Shown piece after piece: positions 42,700-54,619 of a DNA stretch of 64,000 nt (position 1 is the stretch's first letter; each line of letters opens with the position of its first letter). The notes beneath the pieces were generated by a model that was given only the letters and a program-made list of their open reading frames with translations, made no database searches and was not told where the DNA came from. Source of the stretch: a virus (lineage: Duplodnaviria > Caudoviricetes). A program made the translations under genes and the position numbers. The stretch covers positions 1 through 64,000 of the IMG/VR virus record IMGVR_UViG_3300013383_000002. One strand, 5' to 3'.

Positions 42700-45600
42700 T
42701 CGTCTAACTCCAATCTTGGACGCATTTTTATTTTACCGTCTGGATAAACTTCTTCAATTAGTTCACAAAGATGATAAGGTGTTGCTTTGTATTTCTTCGC
42801 GCGGAAACTATCACCATCGCGGATGCCGCATACTACAATTTTATTTCCGCGCGCGAACATTGATTTCTCAATTACGTGTTTTTTATCATCCGCACCTTTT
42901 TCAGAAATTTGGCGGTCATAGATATTAAAAACTTCACCAAAAATCTTTACAGTCACAACGCCTTCTGGGGTCAAAAGCGTCACCAGTTTCTTCATCTTAT
43001 CGCGGTCGAGAACCGTTCCATAGATACGATGAATTTTGAAGATTGGAACGCGTTTACCTTTGATTTCAAAAACACGTTCAATTTCTGGCTCTTCTGGCAA
43101 CTCAAAGAAATTTGAGAAGCCATAATAAGTGTTATTGACGCGCGCGAGTTCGTGCTCATGGAAATAACAAGAAACGCTATCCATCTCCCATTTACTATTA
43201 TTGCCGAGACAATACTTATTCCAAACATCTTCGGTCAATCGCTTATTTACTGCTTCAAGAAGTTCTTGATTATGGGCTTTTACGTAAGGGCGAACCTTAT
43301 CCATTACTCCATCATAGATCTTCTTCCATACTGTTTGCTTTATCGCAAAACCACTTTCCGCGCGAACGTCCTCAATCAACTTATCAATTGAAAAGTTCTT
43401 ATCAAAAAAGGCCATTGCGATATTATCCAAAAGAAATAAATCATCAACTTTGAATGTTTTTAGATACTTGTTGAAGTTGAAGACACGACAAACAAAATTA
43501 TATTCGTTTGGAATAAGTCCAAAATCAATCAGCATCTTCATATTTTGGAGAGTAATGCGCTTCTTCGCGTCACTAATTATGTTGACGTATTCGTGCATTA
43601 CCTGTTCGCGCGGGCCGAAGCTATCAAAAGCCCCGCACTTTATGAGGTTTACCATTTGAGGTTTATTGATTTTTACTTTGGAGAGGAAGTCGGGGATTGA
43701 GGTGTAAGGACGATTTTCGATTATTTGTTTTACGATATCTTGACCAACTTTTGTAATACCGTTCATGCCAAATCGAATAACTGAGTTTTCAACATCAGGA
43801 GAGAAGGTAAAAGTAGATTTGTTTATATCTGGTGGGACTACCGTAATTCCCGCAGATTGCATTTTTCCAAGCGCCGCGGCAATTTTACCGTAGTTACTTA
43901 CTTTTACTTTTTTCTTCTTTTTAGCTGTTGAAGTTTTATTAGTCTCATCCTCGTCCTCTTCATCTTCTTCGTCGTTGTCATTGCCGAATTCTTCTACACA
44001 ATCGATATATTCTTCTATGGTAATAGTTTCTTCACTTTCATCATCATCTTGTTGCTCGTTGCCGCCACTATCACTAATTAGACAAGCGCAATTCCAAAAT
44101 ATAATTGGAAAGCGATAAGCTAAATTCATTTCTTGTAGGGCTACAAGAGAATATGAAAGAGTGTGCGCACGACAACCTACCGCATATAGTTTCCTATACC
44201 AGATTACTCTGTTGCGGTCTGGACTATACCATCAATTTCATTGTTTCTAATGAAAAAGTCCTTATTATAGTCTCTGAACGTTTTTCTTATTTCGGTGTAT
44301 TTTCTATTCATACCAAAAGGTTTATTATAAACTATAGCAATTAATTTTAGAATATTGAATTGATTAGCCGTTTCAATTCTATATAAATTTCTTCGGTTTT
44401 TCTTGTATGTAAATCTTCCATAAAAAAATTTACTGTTAAAACTTTTTCAATCCTTTTAATAAAGTCAATGGATGCAGAAACTATATAAAATTGAGCGCCG
44501 CCATAAGAGGTTTTGCTAACACAACCATCACCATCTATTATACCACGAATGATATAAGGTAAATATTGTATTTCTTGCTCATAAAGTTGTGGTGCTGGTA
44601 TAACATATGTTTATTTTTATTAAACCATAACGCGCAACTTCGGCCTGAACGCCCGGTCTATTTATCAATACCCTGTATCTTGTTTGCTTTCCAGCTTGAG
44701 GATAGGCTTTATAAGTTGTACCAATTCCTTTAGCTACGAAAGCAATAACATCTTCGTCTACCATATCCAATCCTATACCATCTCGGTCACTTAATAAGTA
44801 TCCATCTGTAAGCATTAGTCCGATTAGATATGCGTCAAACGGGCTTTTAATTTCAGATAATGAATAAGTATATCCTCGACGATTATCTTGAGCCTGTTGT
44901 ATAATATTTTGATATTCGTTCGGATAATATTTCTTTACTTTATCGGTTATAGATTTTTTTTGTCTTATAACCGTACCAACTCATTAGTTCTGAAACTGAC
45001 GCGCCATTCTTGTATTCTTCAACTAATTTTAATTCATCTTCTTTTGATATTTTTGATAACCCATAGTATATCCCTCCTAAAAACAAATAGCCCCGTTTGA
45101 ATAGGAATACACTAAAATAAGAAATTTCGCTGCGGATTATCCAATTCTAAATGATTTTACTGTACCTTCTCTCTTTCTGAGAAGCCACGATATTATCACT
45201 AATATCGTTTAGTTATTTAGACTCTAAGAAACTCCCCGCAATTTCAAGGATTTATACTCGTCTTGTATCAGTTAAACGAGTATCCGCGCTGGACTCTCAA
45301 AAGCACGTCCCAAACATAATGAACAAGCTTCATATCGCAATTTTTTTCTTGAGCATTTTCAAAATAAGCCTTTTCGCATTCGTCAAAAAGTTTACCTTGT
45401 TTTTTTGAGATAGCCTTGCGACATTTGTCTGCAAAAGTTAGATTATTACCGCCAAGTCGTTCTTCTTGTAGAAGCTGCATCATTCCCTCTTGGCTTTCGC
45501 AAATGCCATCGGTAATAGCGTTATGTGACATTAGCCAATCTATATTGGCCTGGCTTAGACCATATACTCGCATCTCTCGCTCCCATTCAACGATATTGGA

Positions 45601-48600
45601 GCGATATCTTGCCCACATATCAAGAGGCTGTTCAGCGCCTTTTTCTGGAGCCATAAGTCGAATAACAGAGTTCAAAACAGCCAATTCACTAACACTCTTA
45701 GGATGCGTTAGTGCGATGCCATTGATACCACTTTGTTTTTCCATCTGGAAAAGACTTGTAATTTTATGCTCCCAAACCATTTGCCACATCTCTGGGGCGG
45801 TGCGCTCAAGATTATAAATTCCGATAGCCTTTTCGTAAGTTTCTCGTAACGTCGCCTCGGGCTTGATATAGCCATATTCTACCAATAAGTCTAATTCGTT
45901 ATGAATTTTATCTAGGGCCTCAATCGATAACATATCAATCTTGATAAGAGACACATCTTCGCAATCGTGTAGCTCAAAAGCTGTAATAATTGTTCCATCG
46001 GGCGCGCGCATCAAAGCAGTGGAATTGGTGAATGGTTCATCAACAAAGATGACCCCACCTGCATGAATGCCAACTCCGCAAATCAATCCTTCAATCTTTG
46101 AGGCAACTGCCCAAACTTCTGGATAATTCTCTGTCATTTCATAGACGAACTGTCTGATTGGCTTAAAGTCTTTTTCTTCGTCGCCATTCATACATTGTGA
46201 CAAAGTCCGTAATTGTCCTCGGTCAGCTGGAATTAGTCCGGCCAGGTAAGAAGCAATATCAACCTCAATATTGAGGCCGCGACAGTTATGAGATACTATA
46301 TTGTTTAATAAGTAGTTGTGGGCTGAGGTTTCTAAACAAAAAACCTCACCTTTATACTGCTCTTTGGTAATATTTTTGATTTTAATTGGATAATATTTTT
46401 TACCGTCATATTCTATCGGTTTTTGATATTCCCAACCTAAATCTAATGAATGTAAATATTTACTATTATATAAACATTTTGCTGTTTTACCATAGAACAT
46501 TAGATTATAAACAATCTTTTTTTGAGAAGATCGGTTATCTTCGGTAATAACAGGACAGTTATAGCCATTATTCGCTGCAATTTGCCATAGGTCTGTTATG
46601 AGTTGGTAAGATACCGAGGTAATTTTCCCTTCATAACTATAATTTTTTCGTTGCCTGCCATAACCATCTCCGTAATAACAACCATATAGAGTATAAAGTT
46701 GTACCTTAGCGGGTAAATTTTTAATAATACCAACTGTCTTTTTATCACATTTACCGGGAAAATATCTATTGAAAAAACGTCCTAATGGAGTAGAATTCAC
46801 TTGTATTGATAATCCGTGGCTTTCTTGCTTTGGTAAAATGCAAAGATTTTTCTTTTCTATTCCAAAAACATTTTTCAGCAGATAAATAATACGTTCCTTT
46901 AGCCAATTTTCTTCTTGATGAATAGTAAAAGTTATACCATGAAGCTTATGATTGATATTACCTTCAGCCAAATAGATGCCAATAAGCTCACAGAATTCTT
47001 CATCTAGTCGAACTTTATCTTTTATATAAATAACTGACTTATGATAGGGATTTTGTTCTTCGTAAGGAAAAAAGATATAATCCTCAGTATCTTTTTTCTG
47101 ACCATAAATTGGAGATAATAGAAAATCTGTTTCATGTATATCTTCTGCCGTCAACCACTGAACTTGATGATTTTGAATGATAGGACATTCAATAATAGAA
47201 TAGCCATTAACAGCCTTATACTTATACATTGAATTAAAACTACCATTGTATTTATCAGCATAATATTGAGACGCTTGTTTAATACTAGTAAAGGTACCAA
47301 GAACATTACCATAATTATCAATTAGCTGACACTCTTTATAATTTTGACATTTATTTTTTTCTTTCTTTTTACGATTAGTATATACTAGCAATCGATGATT
47401 GTGAGTTACGCTAAAGGGAAGTCCTATACCCGCCGTATCAAAAGTATATAATTCTCCATTGTATTGTCGGTGAGTTGGGACGAGAACCCTTTGTAGTCCT
47501 TCTGTGGTATTTACCATATCTTCGGTAGAAATTTTTTCAATTTCCTTTAGGCCAAAAATAGTATTAACTACAGTTCCGGGTTTTAGACAGGCGGATAAAA
47601 TTGCGGACTTGGATTTTTCAGTCTTGAATGTCGCTACATTGGACACTCTATCTTCACCGTAGAAATCACGAAATTTTTGAAGAACTTGCGCGCGCTTACT
47701 CCCTTCAATATCCGTGTCGCAATCAACAACCGAGGCGCGGTCAGGGTTCAAGAAGCGCCAATGGAAAACCTTTGTTTCTTCAAGAAGTGGGTTTATTTGA
47801 GTGATTCCAAGAACATATAATAGAACAAATCCTGCGCCAGAACCACGGCCAGGGCCGACGAGAGAACCAGCTTCCCAACATAAATCAATATTCTTTTGAA
47901 GGTTTAGATAATATGCGGACCAATGGGCATTATTCTTGATAGAGGAACGCCAAGTATCATCAAGACAAACATTGATTTCTTTATAGGCCTCATCTGTTTG
48001 AAGCCCACGCCGAGTTTTTATTCCATCAATGACTGCCCAAACGAGTTGTCTATCACCGATGTAACTAGAATTATAAAAAGTTTCAAGAAGTGGAATCTTT
48101 TCCCTATAAAAAAGATATTCATCTTCATTTTTAGGATACTCATACCATTCTAGTTCTGGAATTTTTAGTGGCTTTAACAGGCTATAATCTTCACAGACTT
48201 CTCTAATCTGAAGAATATTCCTATAAGCTTTTTCTAATTGTTCTCTTGAAAAATATCCAAAATAACTTTCAAGCTCTTTCGTATTCATCATATACGTAGA
48301 CGCATAAAAGTCATCAACTTCACGGTCACCATTTTGTGCATTTAGATATGCTCTATGGATGGCGCGGTCTTCTTTCTTTAGATAGTGACTATCAGTCGTA
48401 ATGATATAAGGAATATCTAATTCTTCTGAAAGTTCAAGGAGTTGCTGGTTTACATAAATTTGGTCTTTATTATGACTGGGTTGCATTTCAAAAAAGAAAT
48501 TACCATGGCCAAATAGGTTATCTAGTTGACTAATCCAGTTATAAATTTTTGGTAAAAGTTCTGGTTCAACTTTCGCATGAAGAAGCTGAGTAGGAAGGCA

Positions 48601-50277
48601 GCCACCTAGACAGTTATGGACAATAACATTTTCACATTTAAAGGAGTGTGTAGTATTATTTAGACAATAAACTATTTCATTCATCGTAATCTTTGTCTTT
48701 GACTTTATTCGTACTTTTCGATACCAAGTATTATCAATGAAAATATAGTCAGTCTGTTTTATAGTTTTAGCTTGTGAAAAAATTTGACATACTTCTTGAT
48801 GTGAATAAGCCTGTAATTTTTTTATTACACCCAAAATACTATTACTACCCTCCACATACCAAGCATTTTGATGATGAACCCCATCTTTGCCAGTACGTAC
48901 CTTAGCTAGAGAAATCCCTGAGGTGATATGTAATTGATTTAGAATTTCATAAATATCATAAGATAATTGTTTGGAAATAGAGGCGCTAACAAATTCTCCG
49001 CAAGCATATTTTACAAGATTACCAGGTTTTCTAATTCGAAAATATCCATCAGCCAAGAAATATCCAAAAACTAATTCATAATCAAGTTCTTCAGAAATTC
49101 TAAGGCGTTCTGGAACTTTTTTTGTATCAGCTTTTACATCTCCGAATAAATAGAAAAATAAATCAATAAATTCTCTACTTGAACATGAAATATCTACTCG
49201 ATGATTATCTGGTCGTGCAGATACAGACCATTCAATACCTAATTGCTGACTTGCTGGTAAAATAAAAGAATTGTAATAAATAGGAAATTCTTTTTCATTG
49301 AAAGTAAACTTTATATTTGGATTCTTTTTTAGTGTGATGCATCCATCTCCTAAAAATAAACCGAAAAGTCGCATCAACTCAGGTGTTATTTCTATTCTAT
49401 CGGGTAAAATATATTTCTTATAAGATAATTCCGAAGAAGACCAAGAGTGTAAAAATTCAGTTTTTTCTATAAAAGGGCTACTTTTATAGTCGTAAGAACA
49501 GGGCAGTAAGCACATATGCTTAGTCCCACCCTTTTTAGTAATAAGTTCTTCAGCTGAGACCCATCGAGGAGTTTTCTTATTATTACTAATGACTAAAAAT
49601 TGATGATTACCAGTACAATAGATAGGTGAAGGATTACCACCTAAAATAATTTCGTAGCCATCGCCAATATAATTTCTACTAGTCGGCTCAATTACTTTTT
49701 CCCATTCTCCATAACGATTTATAACAAGGTCGCCTGACTGTATATCTTCAATATTTTTCCAGCCCTGCCTAGTTTCAATTTGAGTACCAGCTCGAAAACA
49801 CGCTGTCGAACCAATAACATGGCCGGGATTAGCGCCAATAATTTCAAATAAATCGTTATAATAGGTTGGAACGCGTCTCATGCCCCGCGCCATATAACTA
49901 CGAAGCCATGCACGAGTAGAAAGTTCTCTAATTTGTTGATGTCCAATTGCGTCTTTTGCCAGGAGAATAAAGTGATAATACTTATCTTGACCCGCTTTAT
50001 AGTTAGACGCGTTGAGGCCATTACGGCAGAGATAGATTTCGTTTCCTAAAATAAGTTTGAAGTCTGGATTCTTTTCTTTTATCTTTTGGTAATATTTTTC
50101 CGCGCGGACTGCGCCAGAGACGGTTTCATGGTCAGTAATGGCTACTACTTGGTGCCCTAGTTCAATCGCATAATTGATTAAGTCTTCGGTCTTGATGATA
50201 CAGTCACGGAGACGCTCATTTGACCAGTCAAGGTGATTATGCAGAGAACCAGGGTAACTTAGTTTTCGTTCGTCCAT
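42696..50277 (-). CDS. dnaE: DNA polymerase III alpha subunit (family C), spliced: complement(join(42696..44175,45275..50277)); 2160-aa precursor with two inteins
   Basis: PHP motifs LHNH, AITDH, TTDSHY; GPGRGSGAG; DCDTD; GIHAGG; KIDML; GYSF|CRAH restored by splicing. Confidence 0.93.
44176..45274 (-). mobile_element. group I intron in dnaE (1099 nt)
   Basis: P1 AUACUCGUU/GACGAGUAU, P10 ACAA/UUGU, AATTGCGGGG...AATCCGCAGC, P7 GACTA/TAGTC, terminal G. Confidence 0.92.
44290..45064 (-). pseudogene. frameshifted LAGLIDADG homing endonuclease inside the dnaE intron
   Basis: RBS and ATG at 45064; YLIGLMLTDG and IIRGIIDGDG motifs lie in different frames; several indels; 3' end approximate. Confidence 0.8.
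46285..47589 (-). mobile_element. intein 2 in DnaE (435 aa) with LAGLIDADG domain
   Basis: A|CLKPGT...THNH...LIGIYLAEG...GCYYGDG...VSHN|C. Confidence 0.93.
48613..49800 (-). mobile_element. intein 1 in the DnaE PHP domain (396 aa) with LAGLIDADG domain
   Basis: STA|CFRAGT...TGNH...LFGLFLGDG...GYFLADG...IVHN|CLGG. Confidence 0.93.
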
Positions 50278-50299
50278 CTCTTACCTCCTGTTCTATTTA

Positions 50300-50587
50300 C
50301 TAATTATATGACAAATCTTTATCTGGAAATACGTTCTTTATTCTAGCTCTATCTTCATGCTCAGCTATATCAAAAAATCCCCAACCTTTATGAAGGCTCA
50401 TTACCCCAATAATTTCCCATGGAAACTCACTAATCAAATAATAATATTCATCCATTTGAATTCTATCGTAAGTTCCTTCGTCCTCAAATAGAATATATTG
50501 TTTAATATCCTCTAAGGTATGAAGTGTGCCAGGAAGTGAAGCTACTAGTTCTTTTTTGAAGCCGTCTATTTTATAAATTCCTATCAT
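50300..50587 (-). CDS. hypothetical protein
   Basis: GGAGG RBS before ATG 50587, coupled to the MTase stop. Confidence 0.6.
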   Translation of the reverse strand: MIGIYKIDGFKKELVASLPGTLHTLEDIKQYILFEDEGTYDRIQMDEYYYLISEFPWEIIGVMSLHKGWGFFDIAEHEDRARIKNVFPDKDLSYN

Positions 50588-51378
50588 TATTTCCCCTCCC
50601 ATTGCTCTTTTAGCCATTTGCGTAATCTCCATGCTGGCAAATTTGGAGAAGCAACACATTGAAGAAGTTCTTTATAATCACATTCCTTTAGCTTTTCTTG
50701 TAACCAATCTTTTATATCACTATCGCACTTGAAGACTACTTCATTCGGGCATGTTTCATCTTTATTGAGTAAACGAATTGTCCCCCAGGCCGCAACACGA
50801 AAATCCCAAGGATAATTCAATATATCATCCGGATGTTTATATTTTCCAGTCCGAAAAATATGCCTGCACTCTAAAATGCCAGGAATATCATAATTTTGCT
50901 TATGGCCATTTTTACAATAATGATAAATGTTTAAACAGCAATGGACTCTTCTCCCGCTGTAAGGCAGTGTTCCTAAATCTTCGCTATATAGTAACTCTGT
51001 ATCCTTCATTGTTCGATTTTGATTTAGTTGACTGATTGGTTGGATAAGAGAAATATATGGCGAATGAGTTAATGAAACTTTTACGAACTGAACAGAAAGC
51101 TTGTTCGCCCTGCCAAAAGGAGGGTTGCCAATTACTAAAGATTTGTCCATGTAGGGGAGCCTTACTTCTCGATAATCAGCCTGAACAATATTCGGCGCTT
51201 CTGGAAGAATATCATAGGCTAATGTTTCTTCCGGTAAATATTTCAAATATGCTCCCGCCCCCGCAGAAGGTTCAATAATTCTAACCCAATCAGTGCCAAG
51301 AATTTCAAAAGTTTTTTCAACACAGTATTTAGCTATACTGTCTTCAGTATAATATTTATCATTTGCTATTTTTCCCAT
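50587..51378 (-). CDS. amino (N6-adenine) DNA methyltransferase
   Basis: KYYT, IIEPSAGAG (SAM binding), then NPPF (catalytic): gamma-class order. Confidence 0.88.
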   Translation of the reverse strand: MGKIANDKYYTEDSIAKYCVEKTFEILGTDWVRIIEPSAGAGAYLKYLPEETLAYDILPEAPNIVQADYREVRLPYMDKSLVIGNPPFGRANKLSVQFVKVSLTHSPYISLIQPISQLNQNRTMKDTELLYSEDLGTLPYSGRRVHCCLNIYHYCKNGHKQNYDIPGILECRHIFRTGKYKHPDDILNYPWDFRVAAWGTIRLLNKDETCPNEVVFKCDSDIKDWLQEKLKECDYKELLQCVASPNLPAWRLRKWLKEQWEGK

Positions 51379-51379
51379 A

Positions 51380-51895
51380 TCATACCTCTAAAAATTTATT
51401 CAAATCAGAAAAAGTCATAAAACGGTAATGAGAGAAGGATAGTCTATTCTTCTTCGTCGAACCCGAAATAGTATAGCATCCTTCTTCGGTCCGAGAGTGT
51501 TGCTTACTTTTAGAAAATAATTGTTCATTTATAATATCTCCGCTAGGGATAAAAAATATTTCTTCTCCACCCTTTTCAGTGTCATAATTGACAAAAAGAA
51601 AATACTCACACTCATAAGGGTGGCATTGGTTATAAGTAATTGTTTTTAATGGAAGTCGCGCGGATTTTACTTCTACTCTGCCATATTTTTCAGAAAACAT
51701 ATCGTGGCCAGCAGAATTATCTTTTCTCAGGGCTGGAACTTTACTAAGAATATATGGCTCGCTCCATTCTTCCCCAAAAGCTTTATTAGATAAACTTTTT
51801 AAATTTCCATAAGGATTTAATTCAGAAATTCTTTTTTCACACTCAGTAATAATTTGTCTAAGCTCTGAAATAGAAGTAATATTTGATAAATCCAT
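51380..51895 (-). CDS. PD-(D/E)xK nuclease, candidate restriction endonuclease
   Basis: FGE...GHD...VEVKS motif; adjacent to and co-oriented with the MTase. Confidence 0.6.
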   Translation of the reverse strand: MDLSNITSISELRQIITECEKRISELNPYGNLKSLSNKAFGEEWSEPYILSKVPALRKDNSAGHDMFSEKYGRVEVKSARLPLKTITYNQCHPYECEYFLFVNYDTEKGGEEIFFIPSGDIINEQLFSKSKQHSRTEEGCYTISGSTKKNRLSFSHYRFMTFSDLNKFLEV

Positions 51896-51927
51896 AAGAA
51901 AAAAGTCCTTTCCAATTTCTTATCTAT

Positions 51928-51956
51928 ATTATATCACAACTTCTTCTAAAAAGCAA
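51928..51956 (-). promoter_or_regulatory. sigma-A-type promoter for the nuclease-MTase cassette
   Basis: TTGCTT, 17 bp, TG-n-TATAAT on the - strand. Confidence 0.7.
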
Positions 51957-54619
51957 ATCTGCTATCTTCAATTTCCAAATCAGTTATGAAAATTTGTGGC
52001 GTTATTTTTCCACCCCACTCGTTGAGATTTGGTTTGCCAACCAAAGTAATATCCATATCTCCGGGAAAATTCTTCAATTCCTCGATCAAATCTTTTGCGC
52101 GGAATTTTACATAAGTAATTCCATTCTTCTCAATTCGTAAAGTATCTAAATTCTTTCCAATAATCTTTACGTCACTTTGTGACACATTCAAATTAGTAAT
52201 TACCATAACTGGCTCTTCATTTTGTGGGCCATAAACCTGCTCAATCGAACAAAGCTCTTCAATTGCTTCCCCGATTTTAGGGTCGTTCGCGCGCATTACC
52301 AAGTCTACATCATAATAATTTTCGCCAAAATCAATTTTTGAAAGTTCTCTATTGGCGATTTCATGGAACTTTGGTAAATTTTTGTCGAGAATGCTAATAC
52401 CAAAAGCGCCATCATGCGGTTATCCTCTATTTCTAAAGGGCCTGACTATTTTTTACATAGAATTTCTATGAACATCCATTTCAAGCAACGTATCAATAGT
52501 TGCTTTACTCTCCGAAGTGGAGATAGTCGATACAGGTTTCTTGACTTAGAATTTTTTTATTATATTCTTTATTTGCTCTAATTGGATATTTGAGCCGTTC
52601 GTCAAAATGATTGTTCCCTTGGTTTATCATTTTAGCAGAAGACCTGTTCCATCCAACTTTTGCTCCAATATGATTTAGAGGAATGTCAGAACTACAGCAA
52701 AGCCATTGTATATACAAAGCTCGATATTCATCTAATTCCTTTTCTGAAGGACGAAGTGGATAAATCAATTCTTCTTTTCTCCAAGAGCCGCCCTCTTTGA
52801 TATGGCGGAAGATATTTGAGGTAATTCCCCTCGTCTTTATAATCGTTTTAGCAGGAATTCTCCAATCTAGCATATCTTGAATAACCTTATCAGCAATTTC
52901 TTGCGTAATAGCACTATTTGGATTATTTCCTGCTCTCATAATTGAAGGTTCTTCTCCACCATCTTGAACGTTATATCCATTTGGTACTTTTGAGTTATAT
53001 AGAATAATATATTCTCGTTCTTTTTCATTATAATTTTCAAACCAGCCCAAAATTTCAAAAGTAAAATTTTCTGCTCCATATTTTCTCAAAGCTCTATGAA
53101 TAGGACAATTTTTCTCATTATGACCATTGATATGCTGGCCCCATCTGACTTTTGGATTTTTTGCTTGCCCAATATAAATTTTATGATTGATTTTATTTTC
53201 TATTTTATAAATAGCTTTTATCATTTTATTCACCTCCCTATATCTAAGAATAATTCTAAGTCAAGTTTCCCACGAGATTACCACCACCATTACGTGCTGT
53301 GGCTTCCTCGTTAGCCATTCTAAAACAACCCCGCTGATGAAACGGAAAAGATGTTACGGGCCATATTATCGACCCAACGTATATTCAAATAGACTTGTTT
53401 GATTTAGATAATTTTTGAATGAAGATAATTCCGTGTTTCCTGGTGCTCGCGCACTACCTCGAATGTATCCTTCTTTATTGAGCCGTGCGACTATGGTCGG
53501 GCGCTTATACTTCGAGGCCAAGGACATCGAAATCAATCCATTTAACTCTGCCGGAAATACATCATCATCCTCTAACCGAATAAAAAGAACTTGGTTTGAT
53601 AATAGATCTTTCTTGAAAATTTTTGCTTCAAGTCTTTCAACCATTTGTTCCTTCATCTTATCTTGGTGAGACTTTGCGTTTACACATTCACGAACGCTTT
53701 CCACGCACAGCCGTTCTTTTGTTCCTTTCGCGCCGCGCTTGTGGCAATCAACCATCATTTCTGGCATTACAAAAGACAAATATAAACGTTCTTTCTCATC
53801 CATTGAACCGACTCTAATCATGGCATTGATTAGCGGAACAATATAAAAAGCGACTGTAATTGGAGTAATCTTTCCGCCCATTGAATAGTCTTGCTTTTCA
53901 ACTAAAGTCCTAAACATTTTATTTTTGATGTTCTTGAAACCGGTTTGAACGAGATATTGGTTTTCGACTTCTAGCATTGACATCATATCTGCGACGATGC
54001 CCAAAGCACATAAATCAATATATTCCCAAGCAAAGTCTTTCAAGAAGAAATTATCAAGCGCGCGACACAGTTGCCAAGTGACGCCAGCTCCGCACAAATC
54101 TTTATTTTTATAATTAGGCGAAGTTTGATTATTTACTAGAATCATATTTGGAGGAATGATGGTATTCTCTTCTTTGATGTGATGGTCCGCGCACAACACA
54201 GGACAACTAAAATTGGCAATATATTCGCCATCATTCGTAGCACTATCCGGCGCGATAATCATACTCCAATCTTTATCTTCCAGTTGTTCCATCAAATCAG
54301 AAAAACCGTGTTGTTTTCCAGAGTGGATAAAATATTGAATCTCTTTTTCTGGATTTAGTCTTTTCAAATATTGATAGATAATGGCAGATGAAGTGGCACC
54401 ATCGACGTCACAGTCTGCAATGAGCGCGTAGGGTCGTGCGTCGTTGATTGTTAGTTCTATTGCTTTTACAGCTCGTTCTATGTTCTCTAAATCGCGCCAA
54501 CTTTGAAGGCAGCTTTCATCTGGGCGACAAAATTCTTGGACGTCTTGAACACCTCGCGCGCGAAGTAGATTTTCTCCGAAATTTTCTTTTATTTCTGGAT
54601 TTCTTAGTCGATATTTCAT
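51946..54619 (-). CDS. recJ: RecJ-like ssDNA exonuclease, spliced: complement(join(51946..52416,53372..54619)), 572 aa
   Basis: DCDVDG, DHH, GIVADMM, P.INA..R, GSAR; DHHA1 motif G|HDGAFG restored by splicing. Confidence 0.92.
52417..53371 (-). mobile_element. group I intron in recJ (955 nt) with GIY-YIG endonuclease
   Basis: P1 UGGGU/GCCCG, P10 AUG/CAU, P7 GACTA/TAGTC, terminal G. Confidence 0.9.
52505..53233 (-). CDS. intron-encoded GIY-YIG homing endonuclease
   Basis: AIYKIEN...YIGQ...R...H...E...GYN. Confidence 0.9.
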   Translation of the reverse strand: MNKMIKAIYKIENKINHKIYIGQAKNPKVRWGQHINGHNEKNCPIHRALRKYGAENFTFEILGWFENYNEKEREYIILYNSKVPNGYNVQDGGEEPSIMRAGNNPNSAITQEIADKVIQDMLDWRIPAKTIIKTRGITSNIFRHIKEGGSWRKEELIYPLRPSEKELDEYRALYIQWLCCSSDIPLNHIGAKVGWNRSSAKMINQGNNHFDERLKYPIRANKEYNKKILSQETCIDYLHFGE

